A stretch of DNA of 53,722 nt, taken from positions 1 through 53,722 of IMG/VR virus record IMGVR_UViG_3300033148_003280; one strand, given 5' to 3'. This DNA is from a virus. Its lineage: Duplodnaviria > Caudoviricetes. The position numbers and the translations under genes were made by a program. The notes below the pieces were generated by a model. The model was not told the DNA's origin and did not search any database. It saw only the letters and a program-made list of their open reading frames with translations. Below are positions 1 through 8,450 of this stretch, piece by piece; the stretch's first letter is position 1; the number at the start of each line of letters is the position of its first letter.

Positions 1-980
1 AAGCCCCCCATGATATCGCTGATGTTCTTGACCGGCTCCTGCGGCGCGTGCAACTCAGCCTGTCGGCAATCACCGCACAAAATGCGGGTGTACACGCGGC
101 CACCTTCCTTGCCGCAACGGTCACAGGTGACCGGCTCCTGCGGCGCGGCATCGGCTTCGTCGAGTAGGGTAATACATTGTGTTGCTATCCAATCGAGATA
201 ACCCCATTCTGGCCGTTCTCGTGGACATGAATCCCTGTATTGTTGCGCCCGCACCTTTATCTCCCGCAACTTTTCCCGGTCAATGCCCGTGGGCGGGGAG
301 GTGGGAAACGGAGTGATGCCAGCCGCTAATTCTGCTGCTTCCTGCGGTAGGCCGCTTCGCTCTAAATGGTGAGCCCACTCTTTTTTGAGCCTCATTGCCC
401 ACTCTTTTTTGAGCCTCATTATCAAGTTGCCATACCCATACAACGAACCGGCTCCCAGCACCCGCCTTATGGCTTCTGCTTCACCGGGGTACTCAATAGA
501 CTGCATAACAGGTTCCCCGTCCCCCGGCGCAACGGGCGCGGGGGGCGGGAACTGGGAAAGCGCTTCAATTAATTGCTTAGTCGTGTCCACAAACAAAAAT
601 ATCAATATATCGACGGGTGAATATCCGGTAGGGATTTCGATTTCCTGTCCCTCTACCGTAGCACACCAGTCCTTATACCAATCATCAATCTTACCTTTGA
701 TTATCCGCAATTCAGCGATTTCAGCCTCCCCACCATCCCCCGGCGCATCGGGCGCGGCTTCACCACTATCCGTGGTAGCTGGCGCGGCTTCGTCGAGCAG
801 GGCGGTGAGGTCGGCTACAAAGGTTTTACACCATGACGTACCTGCTATTGTTTCATCAGATATCATCGCTTTCCATTCATCCCGCACCCCTGTCACAGCG
901 GCGATGAGGGCGCTGTACTTCTTCCCCAACCTAACAACCTCATAGCCCAATTCATCCATTGTTACATTATCACTCATCAT
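1..980 (-). CDS. Hypothetical modular phage protein, 3'-truncated by the window edge (absent from the ORF track)
   Basis: Hand translation from ATG at 980 (AAGGAG RBS upstream) gives MMSDNVTMDELGYEVV... and stays open to position 1. It has repeated LLDEA and APQEPV linkers and a CDRC..CGDC motif. Confidence 0.8.
   Translation of the reverse strand, partial: MMSDNVTMDELGYEVVRLGKKYSALIAAVTGVRDEWKAMISDETIAGTSWCKTFVADLTALLDEAAPATTDSGEAAPDAPGDGGEAEIAELRIIKGKIDDWYKDWCATVEGQEIEIPTGYSPVDILIFLFVDTTKQLIEALSQFPPPAPVAPGDGEPVMQSIEYPGEAEAIRRVLGAGSLYGYGNLIMRLKKEWAMRLKKEWAHHLERSGLPQEAAELAAGITPFPTSPPTGIDREKLREIKVRAQQYRDSCPRERPEWGYLDWIATQCITLLDEADAAPQEPVTCDRCGKEGGRVYTRILCGDCRQAELHAPQEPVKNISDIMGG
373..420. repeat. 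Perfect 24-bp tandem duplication, in frame (MRLKKEWA x2)
   Basis: gcccactcttttttgagcctcatt occurs at 373-396 and 397-420. Confidence 0.95.
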
Positions 981-1046
981 AGTCTCCTTTATTGCCCCCC
1001 GGCACCGGGGCCATGGGTAGACCCCGGTGGTTTGTCATAGGGCATC

Positions 1047-3329
1047 TCATCCTAAATCAATAACTTTCACCCCGGCAACAACTGGAACGGTACGGCAACT
1101 GCAACCGATGAATTGAATACCGTGCTTTTTAGATGCCTGCACGATCTTCTTTAGCAACTGTCCCTGGCGCTTTTCATCTATCGCCTCGAAACGATTAATA
1201 ACCAGGAGCTTCAGGTTCGCACCTGACAGAACCATGAATGCCAATGCAACGGCGGCGGCAAATAAGGATTTTTCACCATCGGACAGGGACATCAATGATC
1301 GGGGATCGCCGTCGATTATCATCCCGATCTTGAAGTCCTTGCCTGTGGTGTCGATGAAACATTCCCGACCTTTAGGTAGGCATTCATTGATGACCTTAAC
1401 CATTGGGTTGAGCGCAGCGGCAAGGACGGATCCGAGGATTCCAGCGGGTCCGACAATCTTCACGAGTTCTTTAGCGAGGATCGAAGCATCGCGGCTCATA
1501 TCCAATTCGGCATGCGTGGCTTCGCGTTCCTTGTCCGCATTTGCTTCATCCTGCCGAACTCGATAGATCGCATCTAACTTTTCAATTTCGGTCTCGACCT
1601 CGGTCTTTTCGGCTTCGAGCTTTTCAATATCATCAGATGAATCGGCTCGCGCATCACCGGCCATGTGCTCATCGAGATTCGACTTTGCAAGCGTGACATT
1701 GCTTTCGGATAGATCAATGGCTTCCTGTAAAATCTTCTTGCGTTCGTTGAGGTTGTTGACTTTTGACCGCGCATCCCGGTTGATGGAATCGACATCCTGA
1801 ATTTCTTTAGTGAGCGCATCAGCTTCGGTTATGGCCTGTTCATAATCCGCCTTCGCTTCATCGGCGGCTTTGACGGCAGGCTTCAATTTCTTTTGAAGTT
1901 CGGCGATCTGCTCATCCGCATCCTCGATAATCTTCTGCTTCTGCGATGCGGTGATACGGCAGCCCATCCCCGGGACCAATGGGCACATTACCTTATCCTG
2001 ACTGAATATCCGTTTTGCGGTTTCCCTGGTTTCGATCTTAGCCCTGACACCGGCAACTATGTTCGCCGCTTCACTCTTGGTTGTCTCGAATCCGGGACGC
2101 TTTACTTCTAATGCCTGTAATTCCGATTGTTTCTGGTCGATAACGTCATCAGCTATAATCTGTGATTCGGCGTCCTTGATAGCCTTGGCGAACTCGGCGT
2201 CCCGCATCTGCTGATTCGATGAATTGAATTTTGCTTCAGCGGACTCAACGGCACTTTCAAATGTCCGGTAATCCTTCAACCACTTGACATGGGCTTCGAC
2301 TCTTGCCTTGCTCTTTTCAATATCGGCGATGAGTTTCTTCTCGGTTTCGCGAGCCGCATCGAGTTTGGATTTGATTTCGGGCGTCGTGCCATATCCGTAA
2401 TCACCGCCTTCCTCTGCGGTTCTTTTTCTGTATGCCGCCTGCTGGGATTTACTAAGTTCAAGTAACCGCTTCACTTCTGCGTTATAAGTCGATGCGACTT
2501 TCCGCGATGCTTCCTCAAGGGCTTCGACATTATCGTTCACGCGCTTTGAATCATCCCAGGATTTGAATATCTCTGAAATGATATCGGCTGATTGCGCGGT
2601 CAACTTCTCCTGTCGTTCCTCCCAAACGCCTTCCTCGCCTTCCCAGTTCGCACAACCCGGAGCGTCGAGCTTAACCTGTTTCCCGACTTCAAGGCCACAT
2701 TCCCCCCATCCCATTGCCGGGCCTTCCTCGGGTCTGTATTTCGGATCGTTCTTTTTCTTGCCGGCAAGATCAACCATACATTGTGTACAGTTCTCACAGG
2801 TCTTGAATATCCGGTTCGATGCGTTGAAAAGGGATTGCGACACCTGCTCTAATAGTGTGTTCTTATCGTACCCTTCCGGTTCACCCGCGATGCCAAGTAA
2901 ATAAATCTGTTGCTCGCGCGGACTCATATTCTCGAACATTCCGAAATCCAGGGCTTCAGCGCATAGGTTTAACCGCTGATCGATTTCCGCTTGTGCTTCC
3001 TTGACCTTGTCGAGTCCCATAAATTTCAGGGACTGCGTAATCTTGACGCCCTTGCGGTTGATAATGCGCTCGATAGGCGTCTTGGTATCGCCGATATAGA
3101 TCGTGGCGTGAATCGGCAAACCTGGATTCGATGCGAAGTTCTCATAGATCGCCGCCGGGTTTTTGTACCGGGACCAGGGAATAAATCCTGTTGCCGCGAC
3201 AATGCAGGCTTCTGGGATACGGGATTTACCGGCACCGTTATCGCCGGTTAGCACGAGCACATCGGGGATATCCATTGAGATATTCCCGCCGCCTTTGAAG
3301 CCATCGACTTCGAGTGATTTAATTTTCAT
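1047..3329 (-). CDS. SbcC/Rad50/SMC-like coiled-coil ATPase
   Basis: MKIKSLEVDGFKG N-terminus, Walker A GDNGAGKS, long coiled coil with central CPLVPGMGC hook-like motif and signature LSDGEK. Start reassigned to ATG 3329. Confidence 0.85.
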   Translation of the reverse strand: MKIKSLEVDGFKGGGNISMDIPDVLVLTGDNGAGKSRIPEACIVAATGFIPWSRYKNPAAIYENFASNPGLPIHATIYIGDTKTPIERIINRKGVKITQSLKFMGLDKVKEAQAEIDQRLNLCAEALDFGMFENMSPREQQIYLLGIAGEPEGYDKNTLLEQVSQSLFNASNRIFKTCENCTQCMVDLAGKKKNDPKYRPEEGPAMGWGECGLEVGKQVKLDAPGCANWEGEEGVWEERQEKLTAQSADIISEIFKSWDDSKRVNDNVEALEEASRKVASTYNAEVKRLLELSKSQQAAYRKRTAEEGGDYGYGTTPEIKSKLDAARETEKKLIADIEKSKARVEAHVKWLKDYRTFESAVESAEAKFNSSNQQMRDAEFAKAIKDAESQIIADDVIDQKQSELQALEVKRPGFETTKSEAANIVAGVRAKIETRETAKRIFSQDKVMCPLVPGMGCRITASQKQKIIEDADEQIAELQKKLKPAVKAADEAKADYEQAITEADALTKEIQDVDSINRDARSKVNNLNERKKILQEAIDLSESNVTLAKSNLDEHMAGDARADSSDDIEKLEAEKTEVETEIEKLDAIYRVRQDEANADKEREATHAELDMSRDASILAKELVKIVGPAGILGSVLAAALNPMVKVINECLPKGRECFIDTTGKDFKIGMIIDGDPRSLMSLSDGEKSLFAAAVALAFMVLSGANLKLLVINRFEAIDEKRQGQLLKKIVQASKKHGIQFIGCSCRTVPVVAGVKVIDLG

Positions 3330-4401
3330 TGGTATCACCGTCCAATTCCTTATCAAATGCATCCTTGAGCTTGTCTGCGAATTCCACGAGTGCTTCAATC
3401 GGTATGCCCTTATCCGCGAAGTTCCGCACCTTGTTTGCCGCGGCGAATTCCTTATACAGAATTCCGAACGTATCCTTATCCATTGAATCCTTGTGATTGC
3501 GGATATCAGTCAGAATGCGTTTGCGATATTCTACCGGATCCATATCAGGACCATCAATGGGCGCATCTTCAAGGACATCGCCATTTTGGATATTACCGGG
3601 TTCAGGCTCCAGGCTCCCGGCGCGTTTATCAATCTCCCATGCACACCGCTCGCGGATATCAGGCTTATCCTTGATATTCGACATGATCCAATCGAGATAT
3701 TCCGGGGGGAGATCGCACCACTTCTGGTCTTTGTGCTTGCCGAATGGCATTGTATCATTGTCCGAATATCCCGCCTTCGTTGTCGTGGCTGCCTGTTGCT
3801 GATGTTCATTCTGCGGTGATGTGGGTTCGTGGGTGATATCGGCTATCCCGGCGTGACCGAATTCTTCAGCGGTGTATAGCCCCCCTGCGTCATCAGGAAA
3901 TGCACGACGCACTGCTTTTGCCAACGCGCATTTCTCAAGCATGTCAGCCGGGTATGCCGCCCATATTTCGCGCAATACCCCTTTGCTCTTATACTTCGCG
4001 GACTGCTTCCATGTGGCTATCGCCATCGTGGGATGATCGACGCCCTTCATATACACGCCAATTTTCGCGGCTCGCGGTGGGATATCCTGATCCCAGAAAT
4101 CAACCCACTTGTTATCATCACCCATGAATTGTACCGGGGTCGCCCCTGCATAATTCCCCGTTCTCGCGGCGATGGTAATCAGCCCATGGATACTTACTAC
4201 CGGGATGCGCTTCCCGCCGAATGGGATAAGGAATATCTGTCCGGCAAGCGGATTTAACTTTCGGCGTTTGGCCACGGCCATGAAGAAGTCAAACTCAATT
4301 TCGCTTGCCTCGCTTGCGTAAACATCCCTCATCATTTTCTTTTCTGCTGAAGAGAATTCGATCGTCGCAATTCCCTTTTCCTCTGTCTTCGTCTCGGTCA
4401 T
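3319..4401 (-). CDS. bet: Phage single-strand annealing recombinase (Bet/RecT family)
   Basis: LNPLAGQIFLIPF, SIHGLITIAARTGNYAG and W..YPADMLEKCALAKAVRRAFP..GGLYTAEE motifs, plus an internal MPFGKHK..LPPEYLDWI module. GGAGG RBS. Confidence 0.9.
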   Translation of the reverse strand: MTETKTEEKGIATIEFSSAEKKMMRDVYASEASEIEFDFFMAVAKRRKLNPLAGQIFLIPFGGKRIPVVSIHGLITIAARTGNYAGATPVQFMGDDNKWVDFWDQDIPPRAAKIGVYMKGVDHPTMAIATWKQSAKYKSKGVLREIWAAYPADMLEKCALAKAVRRAFPDDAGGLYTAEEFGHAGIADITHEPTSPQNEHQQQAATTTKAGYSDNDTMPFGKHKDQKWCDLPPEYLDWIMSNIKDKPDIRERCAWEIDKRAGSLEPEPGNIQNGDVLEDAPIDGPDMDPVEYRKRILTDIRNHKDSMDKDTFGILYKEFAAANKVRNFADKGIPIEALVEFADKLKDAFDKELDGDTNEN

Positions 4402-5003
4402 AAATGCCTCCTGATTTTATTCGTCTCCCTGTAGGAGCCGGACATCTGGCGATACCCGACCCCTTTATCAGTGAAGCCGATTGATGTGCAAGTTAAAGCC
4501 AGATATCAATATTCATGCCAACCCCGGAAGGCTCCAGGGTTTCCCCGGGAGCCTTTATCGGGGCAGGGGTTTGCAAAGGAACCGGGCCGCTGACCTTAGA
4601 TTTCTCAACAAGGACGTTGCGACCCGGCATATTAAATTGTGTTTCGTCGAGGCCATTATCCCCCATCGCTCCTCGACTTACCCGGCTTTTGTCACCGGAT
4701 GATTCATGGTAGCTACCTCCATGATTATTTTTAAATAAAGTAGGGGCGGTATTGTCCACTCTACGCGCGCCGCCCCCTTCAAAGGTGTTTTCAGAATGAA
4801 CCGGGCAGCCCTTCCGGTAGCCGCCCGGTCCGTCTAACGTATGCTCGTCCCTCATCATAAGGAATGGGAACCGCCGAACCGTACAAGCGGGTTCACTCTG
4901 TAAGATCCGTCGCGGTCGTGTTCGGCGATCCCTTTTCTCGTGAGCGTTTGCATCCCTATCGTATCCCCACATGGGGTAGATTGGCTGTACTCTGTATCTG
5001 TTG

Positions 5004-5309
5004 TTAATCGTTAGACTCATCTGTATCCTCTCCCGGCATCCCCTGAATTTTATCTTCGATCCATTTGATCGCTACCTTATGCGCCCGTACAAGCTCGTTA
5101 AGCGTCTTATAGGTGCCATCCCTTACCTTTCGCTCTAAAAGCTCGTGACAGGCGGTCACAAGCGTAGAGCAGTAAGATACTTCCGTGACCGTGGTTCCAT
5201 CGGGACAACTTTTCGTCGGCTTGCATTTAGCGACCTTGCCGACCATGAAGCCGTGGCTGTACGACTTCAGCGCAAGGGATGAATCAGGGATGTAAATCCA
5301 TTTACTCAT
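5004..5309 (-). CDS. Hypothetical phage early protein (DUF5405-like)
   Basis: Start at MSKWIYIP overlaps the end of the XRE gene. The C-terminus YCSTL..A...LLE...TLNEL resembles that family. Confidence 0.6.
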   Translation of the reverse strand: MSKWIYIPDSSLALKSYSHGFMVGKVAKCKPTKSCPDGTTVTEVSYCSTLVTACHELLERKVRDGTYKTLNELVRAHKVAIKWIEDKIQGMPGEDTDESND

Positions 5310-5514
5310 GCGCGGTCTCCGTTGATTTCGGCTCACTCAACAGCTCATCCAACGTGACCCCCAGCACTTCGGCGATCTTCTTAGCTTTTTCCGCCGTGCA
5401 ATCATTCCGGCCACTTTCGATATTCCCGATATGCCCCTCTGTTATACCCGTCTTATCGGATAAATCCCGTTGCGTCATTCCCTGTGATTCGCGTATCGCT
5501 TTGATGTTATTCAT
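5302..5514 (-). CDS. XRE/Cro-family HTH transcriptional regulator
   Basis: MNNIKAIRESQGMTQRDLSDKTGITEGHIGNIESGRNDCT..KIAEVLGVTLDEL. The ATG lies 9 nt after a -10 box with no SD, so it is probably leaderless. Confidence 0.9.
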   Translation of the reverse strand: MNNIKAIRESQGMTQRDLSDKTGITEGHIGNIESGRNDCTAEKAKKIAEVLGVTLDELLSEPKSTETAHE

Positions 5515-5523
5515 AGTATATTT

Positions 5524-5552
5524 TATATAACATACTTGCGGAAATATGTCAA
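5524..5552 (-). promoter_or_regulatory. Leftward sigma70-type promoter
   Basis: TTGACA-17 bp-TATATA with extended TG on the minus strand, directly before the XRE start. Confidence 0.8.
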
Positions 5553-5605
5553 GGGGTATCTCAGGATTGACGGGAAAATACTTTAAGAAGTAACCCGTAA
5601 GATAC

Positions 5606-5634
5606 TTGACAAAAGATATTGCGGCAAGTATAAT
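5606..5634 (+). promoter_or_regulatory. Rightward consensus sigma70-type promoter
   Basis: Perfect TTGACA(5606-5611)-17 bp-TATAAT(5629-5634). Confidence 0.9.
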
Positions 5635-5661
5635 AAGTGTATCAAATACGAGGTGATGGAA

Positions 5662-5862
5662 ATGAGATACAAATTTACAGCCACGAAGTATGATAACCAA
5701 GGGCGGGAGGTTGATTGCAAACGCTTCCAGTATCAACACAAAGAAGCAGCCGAAGTCTTACGGGCGAGGGTGAAGGGAATTGAGATCACAGAAGACCTCG
5801 GGACATCCGCAACCGGATACACACCCATGTATCGTTGGGAATGCCGCTATCAGGATTACTAA
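5662..5862 (+). CDS. Hypothetical early protein
   Basis: GAGGTGAT SD; first gene after the consensus promoter. Confidence 0.7.
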   Translation: MRYKFTATKYDNQGREVDCKRFQYQHKEAAEVLRARVKGIEITEDLGTSATGYTPMYRWECRYQDY

Positions 5863-5948
5863 GCCATCACCAGCCGGGGACTGCCACCCGGCCTTTGCTC
5901 CACGGGCCGTTATCGACCCGGCGAGGAAAGATAAAGGAAGGTGATGAA

Positions 5949-6158
5949 ATGAACGCGGAAACGGAAACACATCATGGATATCGGGGGTTTGAGATATTGC
6001 TCGACCAGGGGTTTTACAAGCAATGGTTTGTCAGGCGATATGCTACTCCGGGCAAAATCACGCGGGAAGGGACCACGCCAAGGTGTTTTTTCGGCAAACA
6101 TTACAAAACTCTTGGCCGTGCCAAAAGAGCAATCGACATGCATCTTAGAAAGAAATAA
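5949..6158 (+). CDS. Hypothetical early protein
   Basis: AGGAAGGTGAT SD before MNAETETHH; C-terminus KTLGRAKRAID. Confidence 0.7.
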   Translation: MNAETETHHGYRGFEILLDQGFYKQWFVRRYATPGKITREGTTPRCFFGKHYKTLGRAKRAIDMHLRKK

Positions 6159-6185
6159 CGCGGCGGCGATACGCGAGGTGTGGAG

Positions 6186-6395
6186 ATGAAGTTTAGAAGT
6201 AGCGATGGGGGAATTCAACTAAGGGACAACGATGGGGAAACAGTCATTATGAGGTTGTCGGCCAACGCCCATGACGAAAGCGATCCGGTTGAGCTTACGG
6301 TGTCGCAATTCAAAGGGGTAGAAGTCGAATGGCAAAAGACGATATCAACGCAATATATCATCGACCTCGTCAAAAAGCACGGTAAACCTGAATAG
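6186..6395 (+). CDS. Hypothetical early protein
   Basis: GAGGTG SD before MKFRSS. Confidence 0.65.
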   Translation: MKFRSSDGGIQLRDNDGETVIMRLSANAHDESDPVELTVSQFKGVEVEWQKTISTQYIIDLVKKHGKPE

Positions 6396-6487
6396 CCCAC
6401 ACCAGCCGACCCCTAACCGGGTCGGCCTTTTCCCCGGATGCCGGAATCCCCTCCCGGCATCCTGGGGAAAGATAAGGATGTGATGAG

Positions 6488-6628
6488 ATGAAGTATGCAA
6501 ATGACAATTACTCACTGTGGAAAACAGCTTTACTCATAGCGATTAAGCATCATCGCTTAGGTGATATTGAATGGTCGCTTGAGCATCAGCCATTTTACTG
6601 GTCGCGGCTGATGCGTGATGGATTCTGA
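6488..6628 (+). CDS. 46-aa hypothetical protein (absent from the ORF track)
   Basis: AAGGATGTGAT SD; MKYANDNYSLWK...RDGF*. Confidence 0.55.
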   Translation: MKYANDNYSLWKTALLIAIKHHRLGDIEWSLEHQPFYWSRLMRDGF

Positions 6629-6646
6629 TAAAAGGAAGGTGATGAG

Positions 6647-6847
6647 ATGAAAAAGAAGTTACAGAAAATGGAAACCGAATTGAGGGCCATGGTTGAAACT
6701 CTTGAAGAAAAGGCAGGGGACGCATTTGATCGGGAAACGGAGACGGGAGATAATCGAGGACAGGAATTAGAAGATAAAGCCGCATTGCTGGAACAGGCGG
6801 CTGATTCAATATCGGAGGTGCATTATAATGAGCGAGATAACCTATGA
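6647..6847 (+). CDS. Hypothetical acidic coiled-coil protein
   Basis: AGGAAGGTGAT SD; helical heptad pattern. Confidence 0.7.
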   Translation: MKKKLQKMETELRAMVETLEEKAGDAFDRETETGDNRGQELEDKAALLEQAADSISEVHYNERDNL

Positions 6848-7250
6848 AAAGGACAGGATGAAGGAACTCATCACCGCCAACAACAGCCTTGTTGACGAGG
6901 TGCGGGGGCAACGTGCCGAGGTTGAGAGGCTCGATAAGCGAGCCAATAGCCTTGAGAAAACAGCGCTTAAGATTGCAGGGCAACGCGATAAGGCACAGGC
7001 GACCAACGCCGAGCTGGTGGGGGCGTTGGGGGCGCTGCTTGATGACAGCGAGAACCGCCTCAAACGTGGCAACGCGGGTCAAGTGCTGTGTAGTACATAT
7101 CAAAGCATAGTGCATGCCAAGGCCCGTGCCACTCTCGCCAAGGCCAAGGGGAAAGAGACGTTACCATGTGGTAAGGAACCCTACCGGCCACACAGCGAAT
7201 GCCCCGACTTCGAGCCTAAGGGGAACGGGGGGGTAAATAAGGAAGAGTAA
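6828..7250 (+). CDS. Hypothetical coiled-coil protein
   Basis: GGAGGTG SD; AELVGAL..LL...ARATLAKAKG motif common in small phage early proteins. Confidence 0.7.
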   Translation: MSEITYEKDRMKELITANNSLVDEVRGQRAEVERLDKRANSLEKTALKIAGQRDKAQATNAELVGALGALLDDSENRLKRGNAGQVLCSTYQSIVHAKARATLAKAKGKETLPCGKEPYRPHSECPDFEPKGNGGVNKEE

Positions 7251-7276
7251 ATTCCATACCGCCCGCACCCCAATAC

Positions 7277-7302
7277 AAAACACCCCGGCATTTACCGGGG
7301 TG
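7277..7302 (-). terminator. Intrinsic terminator ending the late operon at the convergence point
   Basis: CACCCCGG-loop-CCGGGGTG followed by TTTT on the minus strand. Confidence 0.75.
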
Positions 7303-7329
7303 CTCGCTACTGGCGTTTGAGGAGGGGAT

Positions 7330-7788
7330 TTAACCTAAAGGCTTAACTACTTCTGCGTAGAATTCCTGGAAGTCCTCATGATTAATTAATCCTACCGCCG
7401 ATGGATCGGCGCCTTCGTAGTATGTTTCCCACGTTTCAGGATATAAGTCCATTAGTTTCTCTTTCACCTTCGCTGCGATATTCGCAGCAACAACATCATA
7501 TCCTATTCCGATCACATCCTTCCATCCATCCGCTTTTTCATTACCAAGGATGCCGAGCGGTTCCAGCCAGCCTTCAATGTAACCTGCTATTTCGGCAACG
7601 TTGTCATCTCGGTCAGGCCCGACAAGTTCCGTCTCGATGAACAGCACAGCCTGGTCAATAGCAATATTGAACAGGCTCTGCTTCAGGTTGTCGACGTCGA
7701 ACTTGAAGTCATCGCTGTCGCAGCCGGAAAAGAAAAGCATGCTGACAAACAGCGTTGCGATAATGGGAATTGCAAGAATCTTTTTCAT
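7330..7788 (-). CDS. Lipoprotein downstream of the endolysin
   Basis: MKK, hydrophobic stretch and lipobox FSGC; AGGAGG RBS. Confidence 0.75.
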   Translation of the reverse strand: MKKILAIPIIATLFVSMLFFSGCDSDDFKFDVDNLKQSLFNIAIDQAVLFIETELVGPDRDDNVAEIAGYIEGWLEPLGILGNEKADGWKDVIGIGYDVVAANIAAKVKEKLMDLYPETWETYYEGADPSAVGLINHEDFQEFYAEVVKPLG

Positions 7789-7799
7789 CTGTTTTCCTC

Positions 7800-8450
7800 C
7801 TATGATGTAAATTTGTAATCCGGGTAATCTGCCCGGAAAGATTCTACTAATTGATTATACCACTCATTGAATTGACCGTAGTATCCGTGCATTGCCTGCC
7901 ATATGAACATCCGCATCAGGTCGCAGTTGACGTTATCACCGGGGCAGGATTTATGAGGATCGGGTACGCCGGGCACATACTTGGCTTCTCGATGTCCGAG
8001 CACTTGACGCACAGGCAGATTGAGCTTTCGGCAATATGTCGCGGCAAGTAACGCGACCGCCTTTTCGCGATCACCGCCAGGGTTCGGGCTTTCTCCAGGG
8101 TTCCTATTCTCATCAATGGTGTCGAAGTTCCCGATGACGCAGATACCGATACTATGTGAATTATCACCACGAACCTGAGCCGGCATTTTGTTGATGTTGC
8201 GGCCTAATTGAATAATTCCAGCGGGGAATCCCACATCGGGACGTATCGGCATATCGCCAATATTCACCGCGGCATTGTATCCGATTCCACTAAATCCCCG
8301 TTCGAGATGCCATTTGTGAATTTCTTCTGCATCACCCAGTCGGCTCCAGGAATGATGGATATAGATGCGGTCGATCCTGCGGGATTTCGGAATCGGCAAA
8401 TCATCCATTGATGCAAGGATCGGGAATTGTTGTGAATCAGTTGATCTCAT
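7800..8450 (-). CDS. N-acetylmuramoyl-L-alanine amidase endolysin (Amidase_2, T7-lysozyme-like)
   Basis: IYIHHS, IHKWHLERGFSGIGYN, NSHSIGICVIGNF, VLGHRE and KSCPG motifs. Confidence 0.9.
   Translation of the reverse strand: MRSTDSQQFPILASMDDLPIPKSRRIDRIYIHHSWSRLGDAEEIHKWHLERGFSGIGYNAAVNIGDMPIRPDVGFPAGIIQLGRNINKMPAQVRGDNSHSIGICVIGNFDTIDENRNPGESPNPGGDREKAVALLAATYCRKLNLPVRQVLGHREAKYVPGVPDPHKSCPGDNVNCDLMRMFIWQAMHGYYGQFNEWYNQLVESFRADYPDYKFTS

Noticed and set aside
373-420. CRISPR-like repeat
   Set aside because: Two adjacent copies with no spacer; it is an in-frame coding duplication.
4493-5020. 175-aa ORF as a real protein
   Set aside because: No recognisable motif, and it runs through dense inverted repeats; treated as probably non-coding.
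5515-5739. N-terminal extension of the XRE ORF
   Set aside because: It overlaps both divergent promoters and the first plus-strand gene.
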